Source: Gemmatimonadota bacterium
GTDB taxonomy: Bacteria > Gemmatimonadota > Gemmatimonadetes > Gemmatimonadales > GWC2-71-9
Assembly (NCBI GenBank): GCA_011390645.1
Contig: JAABRY010000010.1
Span: forward strand, 1 to 51,931
Direction: 5' to 3'
DNA: 51,931 nt
A program made the translations under genes and the position numbers. The notes beneath the pieces are model-generated. The model was not told the DNA's origin and searched no databases. It was given only the letters and a program-made list of their open reading frames with translations. Shown here one piece after another: positions 18,737-28,149 of this stretch (positions are counted from its first letter, which is position 1; each line of letters opens with the position of its first letter).

Positions 18737-20101
18737 CGCACCACGCGGCGCCTTGGAGGGCGATGGTTGCGCGGTGTCGAGCAGGTCCTCCTCATCGCTC
18801 ACCACGCGATCCACCTCGATTTGTGCGTCAAGCGAGCGATCGACGGCCACGTCGCTCGCGCGCGGCTCGGGGGTGGGCGCCGGTGCGGACGGGGTGGCTT
18901 CCTCCATCCGGAGGAGGTATTCCGGCGAGGGGAGGGTGAGGCCGGCATCCTCGATCGCGGTCTTGACGAGGCGGATCGCCTCGCCTCGGGCACGCATCCA
19001 GTCCACCTGGCTCTGGTCGATCCAGCCTGACACCTCGATCGTCACCGTGGACGCACCCAACTCCATGACGATGGCCTGCGGGGCCGGATCATCGAGGATG
19101 CCCTCCATCGCCACCATCGCCTGCACGGCGACGCGGCGGGCCTGCACGAGATCGTCCGTGGCCCCGAGCCCCAGGGTGAAGGCCAGGCGCCGGAGCGGGT
19201 TCCGGGTGAAGTTCACCATCGGGCTGCGGAAGATCAGCGCGTTGGGCAGCCGGACGTGATTGCCATCGACGCTCATGAGGATCGTCTCACGGGGCGTCAG
19301 GCGCACGACCTTCCCTTCGAACTGGTCCACGCGAATGAAATCATTCTTCGCGAATGGCTGCCGAATGGCGAGGATGGTGCCGGCGAGATAATTCTCGACG
19401 ATGTCCTTGAAGGCAAAGCCGATGGCGAGGCCCGCGAGGCCCGCCGTGCCGACGAGCGCACCCACAAGCGCCGTGGCATCCAGCAGGTCAAGCGCGAGGA
19501 TGATCCCGATGATCACGACCCCAGACTGCACGAACCGCCGGATGAGTGCCTGCAGGAACGGATTCCGGGTGGTCAGAAATGCCGGCCCGCCCCAGCGAGC
19601 CATCATGGCACCGAGCCACAAGGCCAGGACCACGATGAGCAGCGCCACGGCGAGCAGGGGCAGCTTGGCGACGACGCCATACCCGGCCTCTCGCAAGCGG
19701 GTCCAGGTGGGCTGCAGTTGCTCCTCGAGCGACGTCGACTCGGTGATGCGGTTGTCGACGAAGACCACGCCCTCCATCTCGGAGGCGAGCTGCACGGCGC
19801 GTTCACGCGTGTCACCGGTGAGCACGGTGCCAATCAGACGCACGACGCCGGCATCCACCGTCACATCGACGCGGTTCAATCCAGGGACGCGATCGAAGAT
19901 TGCCTGCAGCGCGTTCCGGATCGCTTCATCCTGCGCGGCCCGTTGATCAGTGACCGGCTCGGGTGGCAGGGTGTCGGACGTGAGCGATTCGGTCACCACT
20001 GCGCTGGTGGCGGTACTCTCCACCTGTGCGCGCGCGGGTGCCGCGACCACACACAGGGCGAGGACGACCACCGCGAAGCGCCATTGCTGGAGTGGCATCA
20101 T
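18722..20101 (-). CDS. MscS-family channel with N-terminal BON domain
   Basis: Signal peptide; VDVTVDAGVVRLIG...GVVFVDNRI (BON); GLAIGFAFKDIVENYLAG. Confidence 0.88.
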   Translation of the reverse strand: MMPLQQWRFAVVVLALCVVAAPARAQVESTATSAVVTESLTSDTLPPEPVTDQRAAQDEAIRNALQAIFDRVPGLNRVDVTVDAGVVRLIGTVLTGDTRERAVQLASEMEGVVFVDNRITESTSLEEQLQPTWTRLREAGYGVVAKLPLLAVALLIVVLALWLGAMMARWGGPAFLTTRNPFLQALIRRFVQSGVVIIGIILALDLLDATALVGALVGTAGLAGLAIGFAFKDIVENYLAGTILAIRQPFAKNDFIRVDQFEGKVVRLTPRETILMSVDGNHVRLPNALIFRSPMVNFTRNPLRRLAFTLGLGATDDLVQARRVAVQAMVAMEGILDDPAPQAIVMELGASTVTIEVSGWIDQSQVDWMRARGEAIRLVKTAIEDAGLTLPSPEYLLRMEEATPSAPAPTPEPRASDVAVDRSLDAQIEVDRVVSDEEDLLDTAQPSPSKAPRGASGTP

Positions 20102-20115
20102 GACGAATGGTACCA

Positions 20116-20189
20116 AGGTGAAAGGTGAAAGGTGAAAGGGAACCGCGTGGTATGGCCCCCTTTCACGTTTCACGTTTTACCTTTCATCC
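20116..20189. repeat. Inverted heptamer-array element, copy G
   Basis: (GGTGAAA)3 GGG-spacer-CCCCC TTTCACG TTTCACG TTTTACC TTTCATC. Confidence 0.9.
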
Positions 20190-20232
20190 TTTCCCCCCAC
20201 CGCCGCCAGCCCCTTTCCCGGAGACTTGCCCC

Positions 20233-21009
20233 ATGCACCTCCATCCGTCCCGACCGGCCGCCTGTCTCTTGATCGCCCTGGCAGCCGCCTGTGCGGAGGA
20301 GGCGCCGCCGCCCCAGGAGGCGCGCACCGTCGAGGGCGAGTGCGCCGAGGTCTATGGCGGCCAGGTCTGCACCTGGGCCACGATCGACGGGAGCGACAAG
20401 GTGACGGAGTTCGGGGCGATCATCCCGCTGGCCACCATCGAGGGAGCCCCCGCGGAGATGGAGATGGCGTGGCCGCCCGCCGCCCAGGCGAGTCTCGCCC
20501 TCCCGGAGGCCGCCCGTACCGCCACGGGGATGCAGCACTTCACCGTCAACTGGGAAGCTGGGGGTCACCCCCCCGGGCCGTACCTGACGCCCCACTTCGA
20601 CTTCCACTTCTACTCGATCCCGGCGACCGAGCGGATGGCGATCGATTGCAGCGACACCACCAAGCCGACCATGCTGCCTGTCGGATACGCCATGGAGGAC
20701 CCGGAGGTGCCGGGACTCGGCGTACTGGTGGGAACCTGCGTGCCGCAAATGGGGATGCACTCGCTTCCGGCCGGCGAGATGGGAAGCACCGATATCTTCA
20801 GTGCCACGATGGTGATGGGGTACTATCGGGGCAAGCCGATCTTCGTCGAACCGATGATCGCGCGCGCCAAGCTGCTGGAACGAGCCTCGTTCGAGTTGCC
20901 GATGCCAGTGGTCGAGGGGGCCCCGGCTGATGCGCCCCGTCCGCGCGGCGTGGTCGCGACGTACGACCCCGAGGCGAATGCGTACCGGCTCGCCTTCGCG
21001 GTGCCGTGA
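20233..21009 (+). CDS. DUF5602/TTHB210-like lipoprotein
   Basis: Lipobox AAAC; NWEAGGHPP, PHFDFHFY, QMGMH, FVEPMI. Confidence 0.75.
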   Translation: MHLHPSRPAACLLIALAAACAEEAPPPQEARTVEGECAEVYGGQVCTWATIDGSDKVTEFGAIIPLATIEGAPAEMEMAWPPAAQASLALPEAARTATGMQHFTVNWEAGGHPPGPYLTPHFDFHFYSIPATERMAIDCSDTTKPTMLPVGYAMEDPEVPGLGVLVGTCVPQMGMHSLPAGEMGSTDIFSATMVMGYYRGKPIFVEPMIARAKLLERASFELPMPVVEGAPADAPRPRGVVATYDPEANAYRLAFAVP

Positions 21010-21048
21010 CCGGAGGGTGTCGAGGGTCCGCGTCCTGACAACTCGGCA

Positions 21049-21109
21049 GTGAAAGGTGAAAGGGCGTTCCCTCTCGAGGCCCCCTTTCACCTTTCACCTT
21101 TTACCTTTC
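21049..21109. repeat. Inverted heptamer-array element, copy H
   Basis: GTGAAAGGTGAAAGGG-spacer-CCCCC TTTCACC TTTCACC TTTTACC. Confidence 0.9.
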
Positions 21110-21160
21110 CCGACCATCGTCGCACCGCCCCACTGCCCCGCTGCTCCTCCGGAGGCCCCG

Positions 21161-23518
21161 ATGCTCCCTCGTACGCCCCTCGTCCTGCTCGCGACCTGCC
21201 TGCTCGCGGCCCCTGCACTCACCGCCCAGGAACCGAATTTCGGTCGTGCCGTGGTGGTCGCCGGCAACGAACTCCATGTTGGTCAACCGGTGAACTGGTA
21301 CGGGCCGGGGACCGTCTATTCGTATCGTGCGGACGCGAGCGGGCAGTGGCGCGAGGTGTCGCGCATCACCGCCTCTGACACGGCGCGCATGGATGACTTC
21401 GGCCGCGCGATCGCGGCCGACGGAAACACGATGGTGGTCGGCGCACCGCGCAAGCGCGATGGGGCGGGCGTTGCGTATCTGTTCACCCGGGCCAATGCGA
21501 CCGCACGCTGGCAACAGCAGGCGATCCTCGAAGCGCCGTCGGGTGGCCAGTTCGGCACGGCGATCGTGCTGCACGGTGACGACCTGATGATCGGTGCGCC
21601 AGCCGCCGATTCCACTGGCGTGGTGCATCACTATCGTCGCGGTCCATCGGGCTGGGCTCTGCGCGAGACGCTGCGCCCAGCGAACGTGACGGGTCGTGCT
21701 GGCTTTGGCGCGGCCATGAGCCAGTCCGGCGACTGGGTGTTGATCGGTGCCCCGACCCATGGAGGCGGCGTCGGCGGCGCCTTTGTCGCGTCTCGACGCA
21801 CCGACGGTTCGTGGGGCGAGCTTCAGGAAGTCGCGCTGCCTCGCAATGCGGCCGCCGCCTCGCGTCGCGGCGCCGCCGTCCTCCTCACGGGATCGCGCGG
21901 CTTCCTCGGCGCTCCTGGCGCCGGCGTGGTGATCGCGATCACCCGCGAGGGCGAGAACTGGGTGGGGAGCGGCGAGCTGCACGCCTTCGACGCCACGCGT
22001 GGCAGCCAGTTCGGGCACGCGGTGGCGCTGGTGGGCGAGGAACTGTGGGTCGGTGCACCCGGCCTCAATCGTGGCAACGGACGTGTCTACCGCTTTCTCC
22101 CCGATGACGCTGAGGGGTGGCGTGGGGCGATGCGTTTCGATGCCGATTCTGCCACCGGCACCTCATGGGCCTTCGGCTTCGGCTATGCGATCGCGGCCAC
22201 GGGGAACGGGGCGGTGGTGGCGATGCCGTCGCGCGACTTCGGTGAAGGACGCGTGATGGTGGCAGCCGCGCAGGACGGCATCTGGCGCGAGCGGCAGCAG
22301 CTCACTGGCGAGATCAAGCTGATCGGCGGTGGCGCGACTGACGCGGCTCGATGCGCTGAGGGACAGATCGGGCCCTTCACGTGCAACAGCATGGAGTTGG
22401 TCTCGCATCTTCCGATCACCACACTCGGCGGTGACCGAGGCGCCTGGGTGAACGATGTCTGGGGCTGGACCGATCCCGCCACCAACCGGGACTACGCCCT
22501 TGTGGCGCGCCGCGACGGTGCCTCGTTCGTGGATGTGACCAACGCGTCGGCACCGCGCCTCGTCGGCACCCTGCCCCGCACCGTCGGTTCACCGCCGTCC
22601 GTGTGGCGCGACATCAAGGTGATCGACAATCACGCCTATGTGGTGGCAGACGGCTCGGGCGCCCACGGCATGCAGGTGTTCGACCTCACTCGACTGCGCG
22701 GCGTCAGCGGGGCGCCGGTCACCTTCGCGCCGGACACCACCTATCGCGAGATCTTCAGCGCGCACAATGTCGCCGCCGACACCGCGGCGAAGTTTCTCTA
22801 TATCGCGTCCGCCAACAGCGGCGGCACGACCTGCGGCGGTGGGTTGCACATCGTGGATGCGCGCGATCAAGGCAAGCCGGTGTTTGCCGGATGCTACCAC
22901 AGCCCGTCGGCGACTGCGCGTGGGTCCACGCACGACGCACAATGTGTGATCTACCGTGGGCCGGACGCGCGTTATCGCGGCCGCGAGCTCTGCATTGGCT
23001 CGAACGAGAGCGAGATCAACATCGCGGACGTCACCGACAAGGCGAACCCGAAGCTGATCGGCCGGAACTCCTATCCGAACGTCGCCTACGCGCACCAGGG
23101 CTGGTTCGACGATGAGCAGCGCTACTTCTACATGAATGACGAGATCGACGAGTTGCAGGGGACGGTCGAGGGGACCCGGACGATCGTGTGGGATCTCTCC
23201 CAGTTGGATGATCCGGTCGTGGCGCACATGTACTACGGCCCGGTGAAGTCGTCCGACCACAACTTGTTCATCGTCGGCGACCGGATGTATCAGGCCAACT
23301 ATGGCAGCGGCCTCCGGGTGATCGACATCAGCGAGCGGACTGCACCGCGCGAGATCGCGCACTTCGACAGTGCGCCCTTCAACAACGACGAGCCGGGCCA
23401 CAGCGCCACGGCCAGCGGTGCGTGGAGCGTCTATCCGTTCTTCAAGAGCGGGGTGATCGTCTTCACGTCGGTGCGTGAAGGGCTCTTCGTCGTGAAGGTG
23501 TCGGACCTGGTGCCGTAA
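21161..23518 (+). CDS. Choice-of-anchor B family protein with N-terminal FG-GAP repeats
   Basis: Repeated FG...VGAP units; NDVWGWTDP, WRDIKV, HDAQC, YAHQGW, GAWSVYPFF. Confidence 0.85.
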   Translation: MLPRTPLVLLATCLLAAPALTAQEPNFGRAVVVAGNELHVGQPVNWYGPGTVYSYRADASGQWREVSRITASDTARMDDFGRAIAADGNTMVVGAPRKRDGAGVAYLFTRANATARWQQQAILEAPSGGQFGTAIVLHGDDLMIGAPAADSTGVVHHYRRGPSGWALRETLRPANVTGRAGFGAAMSQSGDWVLIGAPTHGGGVGGAFVASRRTDGSWGELQEVALPRNAAAASRRGAAVLLTGSRGFLGAPGAGVVIAITREGENWVGSGELHAFDATRGSQFGHAVALVGEELWVGAPGLNRGNGRVYRFLPDDAEGWRGAMRFDADSATGTSWAFGFGYAIAATGNGAVVAMPSRDFGEGRVMVAAAQDGIWRERQQLTGEIKLIGGGATDAARCAEGQIGPFTCNSMELVSHLPITTLGGDRGAWVNDVWGWTDPATNRDYALVARRDGASFVDVTNASAPRLVGTLPRTVGSPPSVWRDIKVIDNHAYVVADGSGAHGMQVFDLTRLRGVSGAPVTFAPDTTYREIFSAHNVAADTAAKFLYIASANSGGTTCGGGLHIVDARDQGKPVFAGCYHSPSATARGSTHDAQCVIYRGPDARYRGRELCIGSNESEINIADVTDKANPKLIGRNSYPNVAYAHQGWFDDEQRYFYMNDEIDELQGTVEGTRTIVWDLSQLDDPVVAHMYYGPVKSSDHNLFIVGDRMYQANYGSGLRVIDISERTAPREIAHFDSAPFNNDEPGHSATASGAWSVYPFFKSGVIVFTSVREGLFVVKVSDLVP

Positions 23519-23546
23519 CGTCCGCCACCACGACATGGCCCCATGC

Positions 23547-23580
23547 ACAACGAGCCCCCCAGCGATGGGGGGCTCGTTGT
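23547..23580. terminator. Hairpin between convergent genes (likely bidirectional terminator)
   Basis: ACAACGAGCCCCCCA-GCGA-TGGGGGGCTCGTTGT, perfect 15-bp stem. Confidence 0.75.
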
Positions 23581-23596
23581 ATCCCGGCCCGTGCAC

Positions 23597-24451
23597 TCAC
23601 TCGACGGTGAAGTCGAGCAGCATCCCGTGCGCGGCGTTGGGGCGGCCATCCACCGGATTCGGCATGAAGTCCACCAGTGCGTAATTGCCGGGGGTGAGGT
23701 CGGCGTGCACCATGTTCCATGCCCCTTGCTCGAGCGCCACCGTGCCGCCGCGCCCCGAGCCGGGCGGCGGGCCTTGCATTCCCTCCACGAGCCAGGAGAG
23801 GAGACTGGCAGCCGTCGCACCATCCGCCAGCTTGATGATGATCACCTCGTGTGGCATGGCGGCCGTGTTCTCGACCCGGATCATTCGCATCCCGGCGGCC
23901 ACCGGACCGCTGAAGGCGAAGCCGCTGTCCGACATGGTCAGGGTGACATCCGGCGTCGGGACCACCGCGCCGGTTGCCGTGCCCGTCACGGTGAGCGGGC
24001 GCATCATCCCCTTCATGAAGTGAGGCATCCCATCCTCGCTCGGGATCGAGCAGATGAGGGCGTAGTTGCCGGGCTCGAGCATGAGGGAGGTCTCGACCGC
24101 GGCACCGGGATCCGCGCCATTGGCCCCACCAAGCGCTCGCGCCCATGTGGGGGGGGGACCCTCGCCCTTGGCGAGCTCGGCCGCCAGGTCGTCGAAGGTG
24201 TGCCCCTCGTCGAGGCGCACCACCTGGACATGGTGGAATTCACCGGTGCCGGCGGTCATGCGGAGGGTGACCCATCCCGCCCCGATGCTGTCGGGGGCCG
24301 TGAACGCAAAGTCCGAGGTGGCGATCTCGACCACTTGCGGCGCGGCGACGGCAGGAACCGGCTCCTGGGCGGGGGTGTCGCTCTCTCCTGCACACGCTGT
24401 GAGCGTGCTGATCACGACCGCACTCGCGGCCGCGCGTGCCCATGACTTCAT
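23597..24451 (-). CDS. Lipoprotein with two cupredoxin-like repeats
   Basis: Lipobox LTAC; repeats H...PGNYALIC...PHFMKGM and H...PGNYALVD...NAAHGM; AGGAGG RBS. Confidence 0.7.
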   Translation of the reverse strand: MKSWARAAASAVVISTLTACAGESDTPAQEPVPAVAAPQVVEIATSDFAFTAPDSIGAGWVTLRMTAGTGEFHHVQVVRLDEGHTFDDLAAELAKGEGPPPTWARALGGANGADPGAAVETSLMLEPGNYALICSIPSEDGMPHFMKGMMRPLTVTGTATGAVVPTPDVTLTMSDSGFAFSGPVAAGMRMIRVENTAAMPHEVIIIKLADGATAASLLSWLVEGMQGPPPGSGRGGTVALEQGAWNMVHADLTPGNYALVDFMPNPVDGRPNAAHGMLLDFTVE

Positions 24452-24574
24452 GGTGGTGTCCTCCTGAGATGTGACGGATGGAGGCCAGATTCTAGCGGGC
24501 GGTACGCATCCCTTCAAGGTTCGGCGCCGTCGTATCTTTCGAGGAATCTCATCCACGCACGATCAGGGGAGTTC

Positions 24575-26347
24575 GTGACCGCCACACCAAGCCCATCCCG
24601 AGAGGCGCCATGGTCCACCGCGTGGACCATTGGTCGGGGTGTGGCCATCTGGGTCGTGCCGGTGCTCCTCGCTGGCCTGGTGGTGGCCCCGGAGCACGCG
24701 TTGCGCGTGCTCTGGTTTGTCGTGGTGCCACTCCTGCCCGCCACCTTCTTCCTGAACACCACCGTGTGGCGGAGCATCTGTCCGCTGGCGACGCTCAACG
24801 CCTGGGGGAATCGACTCGGCGAGCCTCGTGCGATCACGCCCCGTGCCACGGCGGTACTGAGCGTGGGGGGCCTGTTCCTCTTTCATCTCCTCGTGCCGGC
24901 GCGCCGATTCGTCTTCAACACGGATGGACTGGCGCTGGCGATCACGATCCTGCTCGTGGGCGGCATGGCGATCGCGTTGGGCAGCCGCTTCGCGGTCCGC
25001 TCCGGCTTCTGCAACGCGCTCTGTCCCATCCTGCCGGTCGAACAACTCTATGGCCAGGCACCACTGTTGCCGATGGTCCGGGGCCGCTGCGCGACCTGTG
25101 TCGTGTGTACCTCGCGTGGATGCCTCGACCTCGCCGGCGGGCGCGCGCTGGTCCAGGTGATCGGCCGCCGTCGCCGCAGTGCCGCCTGGCTCTGGACACC
25201 AAGCGGTCTCTTCATCGCGGGGTTGCCAGGCTTCGTCATCGGCTTCAGCGTGCTGTCGGACGGCCCGCTCACCAGCGCGCCCGTCGCGTATGCCACCACC
25301 CTGGGATGGTCCCTGGCGAGCCTGATCGTGGTGGCCGCGCTCGCCGTCGGTGCCCACCTCGACACGGCGCGATGCTTTCCGCTGCTCGCGGGCACATCGG
25401 GACTGCTCTACTACTGGTTCGCCGGACCGGCCATCGCGGAGGCGTTCGCGGCCGGCCCCGCGCTCGCCACCGTCGTCCGTGTGGCCGGGATGGGATTGGC
25501 GAGCCTCTGGCTCTGGCGCGCCTGGCCGACCTCCCCCCCCCGCAGCCTGGCCCATGCCGCACTTGTCGTCGCGCTCCTGACTGGTGCAAGCCCCCTCGCA
25601 GGCCAGATGGTCATCGATCTCCCACACCGCGCACCCGATGCCCCAGGTGGCGATGCGCTGGCAATGCAGGTGCAGGAGCTGTCGCGCGCCGCGCGCGAGG
25701 GGCGGATCGTCGCGGAGGTGCTTGCGGGAAACGTCCCGACCTGGTGGCGACACCTCGTACCGGTCACGATGGTGCGTCGGGTGGGGACGCGCGACATCAC
25801 GGTGCAGTTCGAGGCGACGCCGGATTATCTCGCGGTCGGCAGTGACGATGACTGGTTCCTGATGCCGCTCGCCCCGGAAGCGGCGAGAGGCCTTGGTGCG
25901 TTGACCGACACGCGGCTCCCCACCCCCCCGATGGTTGATGCCATCTGGCAGGCCGCGGCCGTGCGACTCGGCCCTGATTCCATCGCGCCATCGGCCGCGA
26001 TGGTGACGGTCCCCGTCTTTGTGGACCACATGCGGATGATTCGCGCCCGCCGGGGGGCCGTCGGGGCGGTGCCTGGGGACCTGGTGGCAGGACACAAGAA
26101 GGACGTCGTGCAGACGCCCCACCTCGATTTGCTCCCGGGTCGGGTCGCGATCTACGGTTGGCACCGGCCCGATGGTCGCCCGATCCAGCCACTCTACACC
26201 GGGCACGCGAGCAGTCACGTCGATTACAGCCACGGCATCCGACTGGTGTCACGTCGTGTCCTGATCGATGGCATCCCGCACGATCTCGACGAGCTGGTGC
26301 GCGACCCCGTGCTGGCCGGGGCCGTGCACGATCCGATCGCGAAGTGA
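24575..26347 (+). CDS. Fusion: Cys-rich 4Fe-4S-binding-like membrane domain plus uncharacterised soluble domain
   Basis: ICP, FCNALCP and CATCVVC...C in a multi-TM N-terminal half; C-terminal half has DYLAVG, GHKKDVV, AIYGWH, HVDYSHG. Confidence 0.7.
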   Translation: MTATPSPSREAPWSTAWTIGRGVAIWVVPVLLAGLVVAPEHALRVLWFVVVPLLPATFFLNTTVWRSICPLATLNAWGNRLGEPRAITPRATAVLSVGGLFLFHLLVPARRFVFNTDGLALAITILLVGGMAIALGSRFAVRSGFCNALCPILPVEQLYGQAPLLPMVRGRCATCVVCTSRGCLDLAGGRALVQVIGRRRRSAAWLWTPSGLFIAGLPGFVIGFSVLSDGPLTSAPVAYATTLGWSLASLIVVAALAVGAHLDTARCFPLLAGTSGLLYYWFAGPAIAEAFAAGPALATVVRVAGMGLASLWLWRAWPTSPPRSLAHAALVVALLTGASPLAGQMVIDLPHRAPDAPGGDALAMQVQELSRAAREGRIVAEVLAGNVPTWWRHLVPVTMVRRVGTRDITVQFEATPDYLAVGSDDDWFLMPLAPEAARGLGALTDTRLPTPPMVDAIWQAAAVRLGPDSIAPSAAMVTVPVFVDHMRMIRARRGAVGAVPGDLVAGHKKDVVQTPHLDLLPGRVAIYGWHRPDGRPIQPLYTGHASSHVDYSHGIRLVSRRVLIDGIPHDLDELVRDPVLAGAVHDPIAK

Positions 26348-26354
26348 CGCTCAC

Positions 26355-26972
26355 GTGCATACCCTGCTCGTGCACGGCCTCGGTCGGACCCCGCTCTCGA
26401 TGGCCTATCTCGGGTGGCGATTGCGCACGGCCGGTCACGACACCGACTCGTTCGGCTATCTGCCCTGGGCCAGTTCGTATGACACGATCCGTCAACGACT
26501 CATCGCGCGCATTGCAGACGCCGACGCGGCGGGAGCGGCGTGGGTAGCGGTGGGCCACTCGCTGGGGGGTCTGCTGCTGCGCGACGCGATCGCCGCCGCC
26601 GCACCCTCACGTCTGGCACACTTGATCATGCTGGCGACGCCCAATCAGCTTCCGCGACTGGCCACCCGGGCGGTCAAGGTGCCTCCGTTCCGATGGGTCG
26701 CGGGCGAATGTGGCCTGCGACTCGCTTCGCCGGAATACTTCCGCACCCTCCCCACCCCGACCGTCCCGCATACGGTCAGCGCTGGAACACGGGGGATCAC
26801 GGGGCGCTGGAGTCCATTCGGAGAAGAGCCCAATGACGGCATCGTCGCGCTGCGCGAGACCGTCCTCGACACCAGCCCACCCCCAGAGACCTTCCCCGTG
26901 GCACACACCTTCATCATGAACAACGCCGCCGTCCAGCGGACCATCCTCGAGATCCTCGAGCGGGCTTCCTAG
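26355..26972 (+). CDS. Alpha/beta hydrolase (lipase/esterase-like)
   Basis: VHGLG, GHSLGG, NDGIV and HTF triad motifs. Confidence 0.85.
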   Translation: MHTLLVHGLGRTPLSMAYLGWRLRTAGHDTDSFGYLPWASSYDTIRQRLIARIADADAAGAAWVAVGHSLGGLLLRDAIAAAAPSRLAHLIMLATPNQLPRLATRAVKVPPFRWVAGECGLRLASPEYFRTLPTPTVPHTVSAGTRGITGRWSPFGEEPNDGIVALRETVLDTSPPPETFPVAHTFIMNNAAVQRTILEILERAS

Positions 26973-28147
26973 CGCATCAGCTCCGCACGGCCCCGAATGT
27001 CCGCGGATCCCGGGAAGACGCGATCCGCCTGTTGGGCGGTGAGGTCGAAGGTGCCCTGCAATACCCCCTTGAGGACCGCTCGAACATCCAGGGTGGGAGC
27101 GAGATCGCGCCCTTCGAAGAGTTGTCGCTCGCCAAGCCCTGGCCAGTCGGTCACCACACGGCGGCCCGCGAGACCGCTTCCGAGCACGAACCCCGCCCCC
27201 CCGGTCCCGTGATCGGTCCCACCAGTGCCATTCGGCCGTGCGGTGCGACCGAACTCGGTCGCCACCACTACCGTGGTCCCTGCCCACGACTCGCCCATCG
27301 CCTCGCGGAACGCGGTGAGTCCGTCGGCCAGGCGTGCGAGTTGTCGGTCGAGCGATCCACCGATGAGGCCCTGATTGGCATGGGTGTCCCAACCGCTGAA
27401 CTCCATTGCCGCCACGTTGGGGCCACCATCTGCCGTGAGCAGGCGTGCGGCTGCACGAAAGAGGGCCGTGCTATTCCCCCCCCCAGCACGCCCACCACCC
27501 ATTCCCATCGCCTCGACCTCCTCGCCGACGTCCTGCATGGCGAGCGCCGATTCGAAGCGTCCCTGCAACTCGCGATCGCTGCGATACAGGAGGTGCAACC
27601 GCTCGAGGTAGGCATCGCCGGTCACACCGAGTGAGGTAGGTGACCAGGTCGATACCGGGGCGGGGCCGACCAGGGAACGCGGCATTCCTGCGGCGATCGC
27701 CAGACCGCTGTGGCGTCCTCCCATGACGGCGAGCAACCGGTTCAGCCAGCCGTCAGCGCTCCCTTCCGGCCGATCGAGTCCGGTCTCGAGGATCGCCTGT
27801 CCGTCGAAATGGCTTCGCGTGCGATAGGGAATCGCCATCGCGTGCAGCACGAGCAATTCGTCGCGCTCCCAGAACGCGTGGAGCGGCGCGAGACCCGGGG
27901 TGAGGGCGAAGCCGTCGGCCAGGGCGACCAGATCGTCCGGAGGGACGGCGAGTGAGCGACGAACAGCTTCGTACCCGGGATCGAAGCTCGGCACCACGGC
28001 GGCAAGTCCGTCAAAGCCGCCGCGCAACAGGACGAACACCAGACGCCCATCACCCGCTACCGACGCAAAGCGCACCTGCGGGCGACCAGAGGTGGCGATG
28101 CCACCGAGGCACATGCCCGACAGATGCAGGAAATCACGGCGATCCAT
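26969..28147 (-). CDS. DUF1501 family protein (Tat-like N-terminus)
   Basis: RRDFL; LRGGFDGL, RSHFDGQ, GWDTH, TEFGRT...GTDHG. Confidence 0.9.
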   Translation of the reverse strand: MDRRDFLHLSGMCLGGIATSGRPQVRFASVAGDGRLVFVLLRGGFDGLAAVVPSFDPGYEAVRRSLAVPPDDLVALADGFALTPGLAPLHAFWERDELLVLHAMAIPYRTRSHFDGQAILETGLDRPEGSADGWLNRLLAVMGGRHSGLAIAAGMPRSLVGPAPVSTWSPTSLGVTGDAYLERLHLLYRSDRELQGRFESALAMQDVGEEVEAMGMGGGRAGGGNSTALFRAAARLLTADGGPNVAAMEFSGWDTHANQGLIGGSLDRQLARLADGLTAFREAMGESWAGTTVVVATEFGRTARPNGTGGTDHGTGGAGFVLGSGLAGRRVVTDWPGLGERQLFEGRDLAPTLDVRAVLKGVLQGTFDLTAQQADRVFPGSADIRGRAELMR

Positions 28148-28149
28148 GC

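Noticed and set aside
1534..21109. Heptamer elements as a CRISPR array
   Set aside because: Copies are dispersed and inverted rather than direct repeats with regular spacers; there are no cas genes.
17750..21160. ORF-track N-terminal extensions starting MKG/MKR or containing SPFTFH (also at 1639, 6146, 6153, 11436)
   Set aside because: They come from GTGAAA in the repeats; better ATG starts lie downstream.
24563..26233. 556-aa minus-strand ORF (likewise 9976-11436, 4098-5417, 42318-43754)
   Set aside because: Shadow or alternative-frame ORFs over well-supported genes.
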